Part shown: in pieces, positions 50,111 through 59,122 of the stretch
How positions within the stretch are numbered: position 1 is the first letter of the stretch
How the letters are laid out: every line of letters begins with the position of its first letter
Source of the DNA: an uncultured delta proteobacterium
GTDB taxonomy: Bacteria; Myxococcota; UBA727; VGSZ01
Assembly: GCA_963775425.1 (NCBI GenBank)
Contig: CAVZJB010000006.1
Coordinates: 184,795-248,794, forward strand
Direction of reading: 5' to 3'
Length of the DNA: 64,000 nucleotides
Program-made: the position numbers and the translations under genes
Notes under the pieces: generated by a model
Told to the model about the DNA's origin: nothing
What the model saw: only the letters and a program-made list of their open reading frames with translations
The model's database searches: none

Positions 50111-51487
50111 ATGCACTACCTGATCATTCTCACGGCGGCCGGCCGACGACTCTCCGATCACACGTTCGCGCTCGAGTCGGCCTTCGCGGATCACCTGCGG
50201 GCCATGTTGAAGGCGCTGGGCCCGCGCTTCGACGAGATGGTCGTCGCCATGGGCGAGATGCGGGAGTCAGCGTACGAAGAGTGGCGACCCTCGCTCAGCG
50301 TCATCGACGAAGAGGCGGAGCGCATCCGCTTCGTCCCGTTGTTCACCTGGCGAAGCTCTCACGCCCAGTTCGTGAAGGAGCTGCCGCACGCCGTGCGCGT
50401 CCTGACCAAGCTCGTGCACGACGCGGACCTGGTCCACTCGCACCCGACGTACGACCTCTACCGGCCCGTCGAGAACATCGCCACGGCGCTGGCGCTCGCG
50501 ATGGGCAAGAAGGTCATCGCCGTCTGCGACATGGACAACCGCCGCGACGCCGACATGAATTTTCGGCTCGGGCGCTGGTCGAGGAAGTCGTACCTCGCCT
50601 GCAAATACCTTTACGACCCCATCCGTGACGTCACGCAACGCGCGTACGCGCGCTTTTGCGATCTGCTCCTCTACAAGGAGCCGCAGCAGGTGGAGGACTA
50701 CGGAAAGGGCGCGCCGAGCGTGCGCTTCTTCCTCGATCCCAACTACCACGAGGACGACATCGCCGACGACGCCCTCGTCGAGCGGAAGATCGCGACCCTC
50801 GCCGACCCGAAGGCCCCGCTGCGCGTCCTCTACTTCGGCCGCCTCGTCCCGTACAAAGGTGTGCGCGAGATGGTGGAGGCGGTGATCGCGGCGCGCGCGC
50901 GCGGCGCGAACCTCACCTTCGACATCATGGGCACGGGCTCCGAGAAGGCGGCGCTGCACCGCCTCGTCGAGGAGCACGGCGCGGGCGACGTCATCCACTT
51001 CCTCCAACCGCGCCCGTACGGCCCCGCGTTCTTCGAGGTGCTCCGCGCGCGCCACCTGCTGCTCGCGTGTCCGTTGTCGGCCGACACGCCGCGCAGCACG
51101 TGGGACGCGCTCGCCAGCGCCATGCCCGTGCTCGCGTTCGACACGCCCTTTTATCGAGGCATCGGCAAGTACACCGGCGCCGTCGAGGTCGTGCCGTGGC
51201 CCGACATCCAGGCGCTGGCGGCGCGCATCGGGCAAATCGCCGCCGACAAGAAGCGGCTGGGACCGATGATGAACAAGGCGGTGGCCGCCGCGCGGGCCAA
51301 CACCGGCGACGCGTGGCTCGAGAAGCGCGTGGCGTGGATCGACGAGCTGTTCGCGGGGGATGAGTTGCGGTCGGTCCCTCCGGGCGCCGATCACTCGTCC
51401 GTCGGGAACGACGTGAACCGCGCCGGCGGCGCCGGGATGGACGCCGGCATCTCCAGCGAGAGCGGCGCCCCGTCGAGCGCGCGATAG
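50111..51487 (+). CDS. Glycosyltransferase family 4
   Basis: VLYFGRLVPYKG, DALASAMPVL; adjacent to the sugar aminotransferase. Confidence 0.8.
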   Translation: MHYLIILTAAGRRLSDHTFALESAFADHLRAMLKALGPRFDEMVVAMGEMRESAYEEWRPSLSVIDEEAERIRFVPLFTWRSSHAQFVKELPHAVRVLTKLVHDADLVHSHPTYDLYRPVENIATALALAMGKKVIAVCDMDNRRDADMNFRLGRWSRKSYLACKYLYDPIRDVTQRAYARFCDLLLYKEPQQVEDYGKGAPSVRFFLDPNYHEDDIADDALVERKIATLADPKAPLRVLYFGRLVPYKGVREMVEAVIAARARGANLTFDIMGTGSEKAALHRLVEEHGAGDVIHFLQPRPYGPAFFEVLRARHLLLACPLSADTPRSTWDALASAMPVLAFDTPFYRGIGKYTGAVEVVPWPDIQALAARIGQIAADKKRLGPMMNKAVAAARANTGDAWLEKRVAWIDELFAGDELRSVPPGADHSSVGNDVNRAGGAGMDAGISSESGAPSSAR

Positions 51488-53289
51488 ACCGCTTCCACGG
51501 ACAGCACGCGCTTCACGTAGTCGCGCGTCTCGCGAAAGGGGATGCGCTCGACGAACAGCTCGGGCTCGAGCGTGCGGTGCGCCGTCATCCACCGCACCAC
51601 GTTCGGCGCGGAGCCGTTGTAGACGGCGGCGGCGAGGGCGTCGGAGCCGAACTCGCGCCGCTCGGCCGCGAGCAACGCAGCGCTGAGGTCGATGGCGACG
51701 AGCGGCTCGAAGATGCGCGCTGCGTCGTCGGCGGGGCGTCCGGCGAGCCCGCATGAGCCCCGCGCCACCGACGGCAGCAGTTGCAGGAGGCCGCGCGCGC
51801 CCGCCACCGACACGGCCCGGGGATCGAAGCCGCTCTCGGTGCGCATGATGGCGTACAGGAGCGCCGCACTGACGCCGTACTTCTTGGCGGCCGCGACGAC
51901 GTCGTGGTGCCAGGGCGCGGCGTAGGAGACGCGCCAGCGCGGGTCGGCGACGAGCGCGCCGCGCCGGGCGCGCGGAGAGGGGATGAAGCGCGCGCCGCGC
52001 CGCCAGCCGAAGTGCGCGTCGTCCACGGACTGTTGCAGGGCGATCTGCGGCGCGCCTTCGCCGAGGCCGCGCGCGAGCGTGCGCGCCTCGTCGTCGAGGC
52101 CGACGCCCCACAACAGGTGCACCTTCTTGGCGTCCTCGTCGTCGGGCGCCTTGTCGGCGAGCGCGTCGGGGGCGACGCGCGCGCCGTGGAGCGGCTTTCG
52201 ATGCAGGCGCGCGCGGGCGAGGAGGCCGTAGTAGCCGACGGGGTCGACGGCGGCGACGGCGGCGAGCTCCTTGTTCCCCTCGCGCGTGCGGCCGGCGCCG
52301 ACGAGGGCGCGCCCGAGCCAGTAGCGATGCTTGAGGACCTCACGATCTCCCGGCAGGTCCCGCACGAGGCCGTCGAGGATGGGGACCGCGTCCGACCACT
52401 TGCTCCGCAGCAGGTCGCACAGCGCCGCGTACCAGCGCCCGAAGGGCTCGAAGGGTGTGCCGCGCATGACGTCGGCGCCGGCGACGAAGCGCGCCTTGGC
52501 GTCGTCGAGCGCGCCGGCCTCGTACGACGAGAAGCCCGCGTAGAAGCTCGCCTCCGCCTTGAGGGCGGGGTCTTTCGTTCGAGCCGCGAGCTGCGTGTAG
52601 AGGTCGCGCGCGTCGTCGAAGCGCCGGGCCTTGGCGAGCGCCCACGCGCGCACCTTCATGAGCGCGTCGCGCGCCGGGAGCTTCGCCGCGCGCGCGAGCG
52701 CTTCGTCGACGCGGCCGGCGCGCACGAGGGCGGTGACGGCGGCGACCTCGAAGGCCTCTCGCGGGGGGTGCGCGACCTCGCCGTCGCCGGCCGCCGCGTC
52801 GCCGGCCGCGGGCGGTGTGATCGTCGCCGGGTCGCTCGCCGCGGCGTCGACGACGGAGAGCTCGTCGGGGCGCGGCGGCTGCGGCGCGAACGCCAGCGCC
52901 ACCTGCGCGGCGCGCCTGGGCTTCGCCGCCCGCAGGAGCGTCGAGACCCGCGCCGCGGCCTCGTCGGCCGTCTTCGGTGGCGGTCCCTCGTCGACGCCGC
53001 CGGGGCGGGGCGGAGGCGCGAGCGCGCGGCGCTCGGCGATGTCGAGGAAGCTCGCGATCTCCGGCAGCGCCGCCGCCGCCTCGCGATACAGGCGCACCGC
53101 GTCAGAGCCGTGGCCCTCGCGGGACAGCGCGTTCGCCGCGACCACCGAGAGGCAGGCACGCGCCCGCCCCTCGGCCTTGTCGACCCGCGCGAGCAGCGCG
53201 GCGCTCGGCTCGCGGGCGAGCGCGCGCAGGGCGCACGGGTCGCCGGCGGGCGCGGCGGCGACGACGACGGCGACGGCGGCGAGCAACAC
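51391..53289 (-). CDS. Soluble lytic transglycosylase (Slt70-like, TPR + SLT)
   Basis: YAIMRTESGFDPRAVSVAGARGLLQL, AVYNG, IPFRETRDYVKRV, YWLGR. Confidence 0.9.
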   Translation of the reverse strand: MLLAAVAVVVAAAPAGDPCALRALAREPSAALLARVDKAEGRARACLSVVAANALSREGHGSDAVRLYREAAAALPEIASFLDIAERRALAPPPRPGGVDEGPPPKTADEAAARVSTLLRAAKPRRAAQVALAFAPQPPRPDELSVVDAAASDPATITPPAAGDAAAGDGEVAHPPREAFEVAAVTALVRAGRVDEALARAAKLPARDALMKVRAWALAKARRFDDARDLYTQLAARTKDPALKAEASFYAGFSSYEAGALDDAKARFVAGADVMRGTPFEPFGRWYAALCDLLRSKWSDAVPILDGLVRDLPGDREVLKHRYWLGRALVGAGRTREGNKELAAVAAVDPVGYYGLLARARLHRKPLHGARVAPDALADKAPDDEDAKKVHLLWGVGLDDEARTLARGLGEGAPQIALQQSVDDAHFGWRRGARFIPSPRARRGALVADPRWRVSYAAPWHHDVVAAAKKYGVSAALLYAIMRTESGFDPRAVSVAGARGLLQLLPSVARGSCGLAGRPADDAARIFEPLVAIDLSAALLAAERREFGSDALAAAVYNGSAPNVVRWMTAHRTLEPELFVERIPFRETRDYVKRVLSVEAVYRALDGAPLSLEMPASIPAPPARFTSFPTDE

Positions 53290-53417
53290 GCCGCGAGTCT
53301 ACGCCGCTTCGAGAGGGCCTCGCCGCCGCCCGCCGCCCCGCGTCAAGATCCGGAGATCTCCTACATGTGCGCACCTTTCTCCACGCGGGCCCGAAACCCT
53401 CCACACAGGAGGCACGC

Positions 53418-53789
53418 ATGTCGCTCACGGTTGGAAAGCTCGTCAGGAACCTCGCCGCCGACGGCTACTTCGGCAAGAAGGATCTCGAGACGGCCACCGT
53501 CGACATGCTCGACGGGCGCGGCGTCACCAAGACGGAGAAGGCCCGCTGGCAGAAGGCGGTCAGCGACGTCCTCGGGGACAAAAACGTGCGCACCACGCCC
53601 GAGACGCGCGACGCGTTCGACGACCTGAAGAGCCGCATGCGAGGCTACAGCTCCAAGAAAGATGTCTTCGCGCCGACGCTCGACAAGGACGAGATCAAAA
53701 ACATCCTCGGCCGCTACACCTCGAGCAGCCGCGCGTCGTCGGGCGGCGAGTCCGGCTACGCCGTCCGCGCCAGCGTCGGCGGTGAGTGA
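53418..53789 (+). CDS. Small hypothetical protein (123 aa) ending in tandem xxGGE motifs
   Basis: AGGAGG SD at 53407-53412, typical GC3 codon use; ends SSRASSGGESGYAVRASVGGE*. Confidence 0.8.
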   Translation: MSLTVGKLVRNLAADGYFGKKDLETATVDMLDGRGVTKTEKARWQKAVSDVLGDKNVRTTPETRDAFDDLKSRMRGYSSKKDVFAPTLDKDEIKNILGRYTSSSRASSGGESGYAVRASVGGE

Positions 53790-55092
53790 ACAGAGCCCCC
53801 TCGAGGCCCTCTCGCGCTACCTGCTCCCCAAGACGCTCGAGCACGCCGCGGCGAACAGCCCGTTTTATGCGGCGTGGCTCGGCGACGCCTGGCGCGACGT
53901 CAAGGAGCCCGCCGACCTCCAAAAGCTTCCGGTGCTCGAAAAGAGCGTGTGCGTCGACGAGCAGGAGCGCATGCGCTGCGGCCCGCCCGCCAACGACTTC
54001 GGCTCGGTGTCGTCGGGCACCACGCGCGTCGGCAAGCGCTTCTTCCGCGTCGAGCGCTGCCCCGAGGAGACCGAGGCGCTCGAAGAGTTCTACGAGATGG
54101 TCGGCGCCGGCGAGGCGCGCAAGAACCTGCCCCTCACGCTGCACATCCTGACGCCCAACCACGGGCTGCCGTCGACGGCGGCGCCGCCCAACACGCTGCG
54201 CATCGCGTGGGCCTACGCGCGAAACGTGATGAACCTCGTCGAGCAGGCGCTCCGCTCGGAGGTCGGTGGGCGGCGCATCACGGTGATGCGCGTGAGCATG
54301 AGCGTCCTCAAACAGCTCACGGTGTGGTTTCGCGAGCAGGGCATCGACACGCGTGAGTTCGGCCTTCAGGAGATCGGCACCTACGCGGCGCAGGTGACGC
54401 CGCGCTGGCGCGCGATCGTCGAGGAGGCGTGGGGCGCGCGCGTCTTCGACAACTACAGCCTCTCGGAGCTCAAGACGGCGGCCACCGAGTGCGACGGTTG
54501 CGGCTTCTACCACTTCACCGAGCCGCCGATCGTCGCCGAGTACCTCGACCCGCGCACCGGCGCGCCCAGCGACGACGAGATCGCGCACCTCGTGCTCACC
54601 GGGCTCTACCCGTACGTGCAGCGCACGCCGCTCATCCGCTACGCCACCAACGACCTCGTCCGCCGCGGCCCCGTATGCGCCGCCGCCGGCAGCGCCGGCT
54701 TCCGCTTCGTCGGCCGCCGGAACCAGACGCTCTTCGACGACGAGCACTGGCTGCTCTTGCCCGCGCTCCTCGAGGTCATCGTCGACGACGAGGGCGAGGT
54801 CGCGCGCCACATCCATCCGAGCGAGCGCGCGGAGCGCATGCCCCTCGGCTCCGTGGGCGACGCCAAGTTTCGTGCGGCGCTCGTCGACGGACGCGTCGTC
54901 GTCACCGTGGCGACCATCTACGATCCGGCGCTGTTCCCCCACAACGTCGCCGCGCTCCGAGAGCGCCTACGCGCGCGCATCCTCGACGCCCATCCCGGGC
55001 TGCGCGCGAGTGGGCGCGCGCTCGACGTCGAGCTCGTCTCCGGCTCGGCCGAGGACGACTTCGGCGACTGGTTCGTGAAGTACCAGATCTGA
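53782..55092 (+). CDS. Phenylacetate-CoA ligase (PaaK)-like adenylating enzyme
   Basis: NSPFY, DLQKLPVL, SSGTT, DNYSLSE, PLIRYATNDL, FVGR; 8-nt overlap with the upstream gene. Confidence 0.78.
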   Translation: MSEQSPLEALSRYLLPKTLEHAAANSPFYAAWLGDAWRDVKEPADLQKLPVLEKSVCVDEQERMRCGPPANDFGSVSSGTTRVGKRFFRVERCPEETEALEEFYEMVGAGEARKNLPLTLHILTPNHGLPSTAAPPNTLRIAWAYARNVMNLVEQALRSEVGGRRITVMRVSMSVLKQLTVWFREQGIDTREFGLQEIGTYAAQVTPRWRAIVEEAWGARVFDNYSLSELKTAATECDGCGFYHFTEPPIVAEYLDPRTGAPSDDEIAHLVLTGLYPYVQRTPLIRYATNDLVRRGPVCAAAGSAGFRFVGRRNQTLFDDEHWLLLPALLEVIVDDEGEVARHIHPSERAERMPLGSVGDAKFRAALVDGRVVVTVATIYDPALFPHNVAALRERLRARILDAHPGLRASGRALDVELVSGSAEDDFGDWFVKYQI

Positions 55093-55098
55093 CCGCTT

Positions 55099-55821
55099 CT
55101 ACAGGTCGATGATGCCCTGCCGAATGCCTTCGGTGACGGCCTCGACGCGGTTGGTGACGTCGAGCTTCTGGTAGATGTGCTCGAGGTGCGTGCGGATGGT
55201 GGCCTTGGAGAGGCCGAGCACGCGGGCCGCTTCGTTGTTGGAGAGGCCCTTGGCGATGATCTGCAGGCACTCGAGCTCGCGCTCGGTGAGCGCGCGGCGG
55301 CCCGATGGCGGCGGCGGCGCGCCGCTCTCGCGTTCCTGCGCGGCCTCCTCCTCGGACTTGAGCGCGCCGGGCTCGGGCTTGCCTTGCTCGGGCATGCGGA
55401 AGTGGCGCAACAGCGAGCGGGCGAGAGACGGCTGGATGACGCTGCCGCCCTGCTTCACTTCCTTGATGCTCTCGACGATCTTGTCGGCCTCCGCGCCCTT
55501 CAACAGGTAGCCCGCGGCGCCGGCCTTGATGGCTTCGACGACTTTGTCCTCCTCGTCGAAGATGGTGAAGATGAGGATCTCCACCTGCGGCCACTTCTGC
55601 TTCACCGCCTTGGTGACGTCGATGCCGCTCATCTGGGGCAGGCCCAGGTCGCAGAGGATGACGTCGGGCGGGGGATCGATCTTGGCGAGCTCGTCGAGCG
55701 CCTCCTCCCCCGACAGCGCGGTGCCGACGATCTGGATCTCCTGGAAGCTCTCCAGCAGCTTGAGCTGGTTCTTCAGGATCTTCGGCTGGTCCTCGACGAC
55801 GAACAGGCGGATGCTTTCCAT
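55099..55821 (-). CDS. NarL/LuxR family response regulator
   Basis: VVEDQ, DVILCDLGLP, GAAGYLLK, LTERELECL...GLSN...TIRTHLEHIYQKL. Confidence 0.93.
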   Translation of the reverse strand: MESIRLFVVEDQPKILKNQLKLLESFQEIQIVGTALSGEEALDELAKIDPPPDVILCDLGLPQMSGIDVTKAVKQKWPQVEILIFTIFDEEDKVVEAIKAGAAGYLLKGAEADKIVESIKEVKQGGSVIQPSLARSLLRHFRMPEQGKPEPGALKSEEEAAQERESGAPPPPSGRRALTERELECLQIIAKGLSNNEAARVLGLSKATIRTHLEHIYQKLDVTNRVEAVTEGIRQGIIDL

Positions 55822-55916
55822 GAGGATGACCTCGGGGGAATCGGGCGACGTGTCGAGGTTGAACATGACGCGGGAAGGTAGGGAAAAGCAAACTGTCGTC
55901 GCATCGGGTGCCCCGA

Positions 55917-57095
55917 CTAGGTCGTTTTCCGGGGGGGCAGGGGCTTCACCTTCAGCTCGACCCTCGTCCCTTTGCCCGGTGCCGAGTCGATGCTCACCTC
56001 GCCGTTGGCCTTGCGCGCCCGCTCCCGCATGTTGATCAGCCCGTAGTGGTTCTTGGGTGTCTTCGACGGGTCGAAGCCGGCGCCGTCGTCGACGATGCGC
56101 AGCACGATCTCGGCGCCGCCGAGCTCCACGTCCACCACCACCCTGGACGCCTTGGCGTGCTTGGCGATGTTGGTGAGGCACTCCTGCAGGATGCGGAAGA
56201 TGCCGAGCTCCTGACCCTCCGCCATCTCCGGCGACTGGCCGGACACCTTGATCTCGACGGGGATCTTGTGTCGCGAGGTGAAGGTGGTGCACATGTTCTC
56301 GAGCTGCGGCACGAGCACGAAGTCGTCGCGCCACATGCTGACGGCGCGGCGCACCTCGTCGATGGCCTCCTCGGCGCCGGTCTTCAGCTCCTTCACCTCG
56401 CTTTGGAGGTCCTCGTCCTTCTTGGTGAGCGACAAGATGTACTCGGCCTGGATGATGACGCCCGACAGGGAGGCGCCGAGGCCGTCGTGGATGTCGCGCG
56501 CAATGCGGTTGCGCTCCTCGACGATGCCGAGCTTGCGGAGCGACTGCTCGAGCTCGAGGATCTCGCGCGTTTGCTTCTCCTCGCGGCTGGTGAGGTAGAC
56601 CATCACGTAGACGGCGACGGCGTTGAGCGCCGCCACCCACGCGAGCCGCATGATCTGCTGGGCTGCGTCGGCGTGGCTCGTCAACAACACGGCCGGCAGG
56701 ACGAGGAGCGGCGGCACGATGGCGATGGGGTTCGGGAACAACAGCGCGAAGAAGATCACGAACAGGAGCTGCACCGGCATCGCCGGGCTCGACAGCCCGC
56801 CCGAGCGGGTGATGAGCGCCCAGAGCACGACGAGGTCGAGCACGAGCGTCACGAACATCACGCGCCGGCCGTGCTCGGGGTGCGCCGCGAACGCCTGGCA
56901 CGCGAACGCCCAGCCGATGCCGCACACAAACAGCGCCCACGGCCACGGTCCCTCGACGTGAAAGGCCCGTTGCCACGACGGCACGAGCATCACGCCGAGG
57001 CCGAGCGCGAGCACGGCGATGCGGGCGTAGAACACGGCGGTGGCGCGGGTGAGGAACCGCTCTTTCAACCGCTGCGCCTCGCGGGCGCCGATCAT
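55917..57095 (-). CDS. Sensor histidine kinase (HisKA_3, NarX-like)
   Basis: TM helices, EERNRIARDIHD, FRILQECLTNIAKHA, DDGAGF, GLINMRER. Confidence 0.93.
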   Translation of the reverse strand: MIGAREAQRLKERFLTRATAVFYARIAVLALGLGVMLVPSWQRAFHVEGPWPWALFVCGIGWAFACQAFAAHPEHGRRVMFVTLVLDLVVLWALITRSGGLSSPAMPVQLLFVIFFALLFPNPIAIVPPLLVLPAVLLTSHADAAQQIMRLAWVAALNAVAVYVMVYLTSREEKQTREILELEQSLRKLGIVEERNRIARDIHDGLGASLSGVIIQAEYILSLTKKDEDLQSEVKELKTGAEEAIDEVRRAVSMWRDDFVLVPQLENMCTTFTSRHKIPVEIKVSGQSPEMAEGQELGIFRILQECLTNIAKHAKASRVVVDVELGGAEIVLRIVDDGAGFDPSKTPKNHYGLINMRERARKANGEVSIDSAPGKGTRVELKVKPLPPRKTT

Positions 57096-57235
57096 CGTCA
57101 CCGTCACGGCAGACAATCTACAGCACGTTCGCCCGGTGGCGTCGTCGTCGTGGAAACGCCGCATCTGCCGCGTCGCGTCATCGCAGGGGCGCAACCTTGT
57201 TGAGGAATTCGACCCAATGGCCTCTCCGTTTTGCT

Positions 57236-57264
57236 TTGACAGGTCGCTCCCGGCTTCTTATGCG
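57236..57264 (+). promoter_or_regulatory. Possible sigma70 promoter for the Fic gene
   Basis: TTGACA-N17-TATGCG in an AT-richer divergent intergenic region. Confidence 0.35.
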
Positions 57265-57425
57265 CACCGCACTTTTTTCAGGTGCGCCGTCGGCGAGGGC
57301 CGTCGGCGGAGCGGGGGCGGCAGTGACTCGACGACGTTTCGTTTTCGCCCATACGTCCTCGCTCGGAGGCGGGTTCCGGGTGGCGACACTCGATCTAAGT
57401 TTCTTCGGACCCACTGGGGGTTTTT

Positions 57426-58265
57426 GTGTCCTTTGATTTCGACGATTTCGACGTTCGTTCGCGCTTCATCGATCTCGATGACAAGTCCGACGAGCTGAAG
57501 CAGCTTCTCCTCGACCTTCCCGACGAGCAGGGGGACTTCGACGAGCGCTGCAAGATTGCATACATCTATCATGATAGCGCCCTTGAGGGCATCGTCCTGA
57601 CGTATCATGAGCTGCGCGCTGCCGTGGACCGCAAGATTGCGTCAGACACGTCGCTCATCCCGACGTACCAGGAGATCAAGAACCAGAGCGACGCGCTCGA
57701 CGTCATCCAGGAGCACTGCCGGGAGGAGACCAGCAAGAAGCAGCGCGTGCGCAACCCCAAGGTCACGGTCGACCTCATCAACAACCTGCACGTGCTGCTG
57801 AACCGCGGCCTCCCCCGCAAGGCGCCCGGCTCGCTCCGCAAGGACATGCCGCTGCACCGCACGTACTTCCACGACATCTACGAGCCCCAGGAGATCGAGC
57901 TGGGCCTCAAGGAGGTCTGCGACGGCGTGGACCACCCGGACTTCCGGGCGCAGCACCCCATCAACCAAGCGTGCCTGTTCCACCACAGCTTCATGAAGGT
58001 GTTCCCGTTCACCGACGGCAGCGGCAAGGTCGGCCGGCTCATCATGAACTACTTCCTGATGCGCGCGGGCTACCTGCCGGCCGTCATCCACGCCAGCGAC
58101 CGGCAGAGCTACTACGAGTCGCTGAAGGTGGGCCCCGAGGGGCTGCGCGGCCTGATCATCGAGTCGATGGACCAGGCCGTGGACGCCGGCATCCGGCACC
58201 TGCGTGACCGCCTGAAGGTCCGCAGCGCGGTTCGCAGCCGCGTCGGACGCACCGCGAACGGCTGA
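57426..58265 (+). CDS. Fic family protein with non-canonical active site
   Basis: YHDSALEG, PGSLR, FPFTDGSGKVGRLIMNYFL, YYESL. Confidence 0.85.
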   Translation: MSFDFDDFDVRSRFIDLDDKSDELKQLLLDLPDEQGDFDERCKIAYIYHDSALEGIVLTYHELRAAVDRKIASDTSLIPTYQEIKNQSDALDVIQEHCREETSKKQRVRNPKVTVDLINNLHVLLNRGLPRKAPGSLRKDMPLHRTYFHDIYEPQEIELGLKEVCDGVDHPDFRAQHPINQACLFHHSFMKVFPFTDGSGKVGRLIMNYFLMRAGYLPAVIHASDRQSYYESLKVGPEGLRGLIIESMDQAVDAGIRHLRDRLKVRSAVRSRVGRTANG

Positions 58266-59014
58266 TGCCGTCCTGGTGGCGACGGGCGCCCACGCACCCG
58301 TCGCTGTTCCCGAGGCGCCCCGCCGCCGTCCTGCTGGACGTCGGCGGGGTGCTTCAGCTTCCGCAGCCCGCTCTCATCAAGGCGGCCCTCGCGGGCATCC
58401 ACGACGTCGACGCCACGCGTGTGGACCTCGCGCACTACACCGCGGTGGCGGCGATGCGCGCGCCGCCGTCGTCGCCCTTCACCTATCTCGAGCTGTACGC
58501 CCGCGCGCTGCACGTGCCCGAGGGCGCGCTGCGGGACGCCGTCGTCGCGCTCACGGGCGCCTTCGCCGACGGCGTGCGCCTGTGGACGCGGGTGCCGTCG
58601 TCGGTGGCGCCGGGCTTGCGGGCGCTCGCCGACACGGGGGTGCGCCTCGGCATCGTGTCCAACGCCGACGGCACCGTGGAGAAGCGCCTGCGCGAGCAGG
58701 GCGTCGTGCAGGTGGGCCCGGGCCGCGGGGTCTCGGTCGAGGTCGTCGTCGACTCTACGCGCGTCGGCGTCGAGAAGCCTGACCCGCGCATCTTCGCCCA
58801 TGCCTTGCGCGGCCTGCGCGGGGTCGATGCGCGCGCGGTCTGGTACCTCGGGGACGTCGTCCCCGTCGATGTCGCGGGCGCCCGCGCGGCGGGCCTGGTG
58901 CCCATCCTCTACGACCCCTTCGGCGTCCATGAGGCAGCCGGCGTCGCGAGCGTGGGCTCCCTGCGCGAGCTGGCCTCACTCGTCCGCATCGCCACCGCGC
59001 GCGCCAGGCCCTGA
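58265..59014 (+). CDS. HAD family hydrolase
   Basis: LLDVGGVL, IVSNADG, EKPDPRIF, GD...DVAGARAAG. Confidence 0.88.
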   Translation: MPSWWRRAPTHPSLFPRRPAAVLLDVGGVLQLPQPALIKAALAGIHDVDATRVDLAHYTAVAAMRAPPSSPFTYLELYARALHVPEGALRDAVVALTGAFADGVRLWTRVPSSVAPGLRALADTGVRLGIVSNADGTVEKRLREQGVVQVGPGRGVSVEVVVDSTRVGVEKPDPRIFAHALRGLRGVDARAVWYLGDVVPVDVAGARAAGLVPILYDPFGVHEAAGVASVGSLRELASLVRIATARARP

Positions 59015-59122
59015 AAGACACCGTGAGGGTGCCGCCGGTTCCGCGTTCGTCGACGACGCGGATCGGTTGACACCTGCGCTTCTTTTCGATGAGCCTCCCG
59101 TCTCCGACCAAAAGGATTGCCC

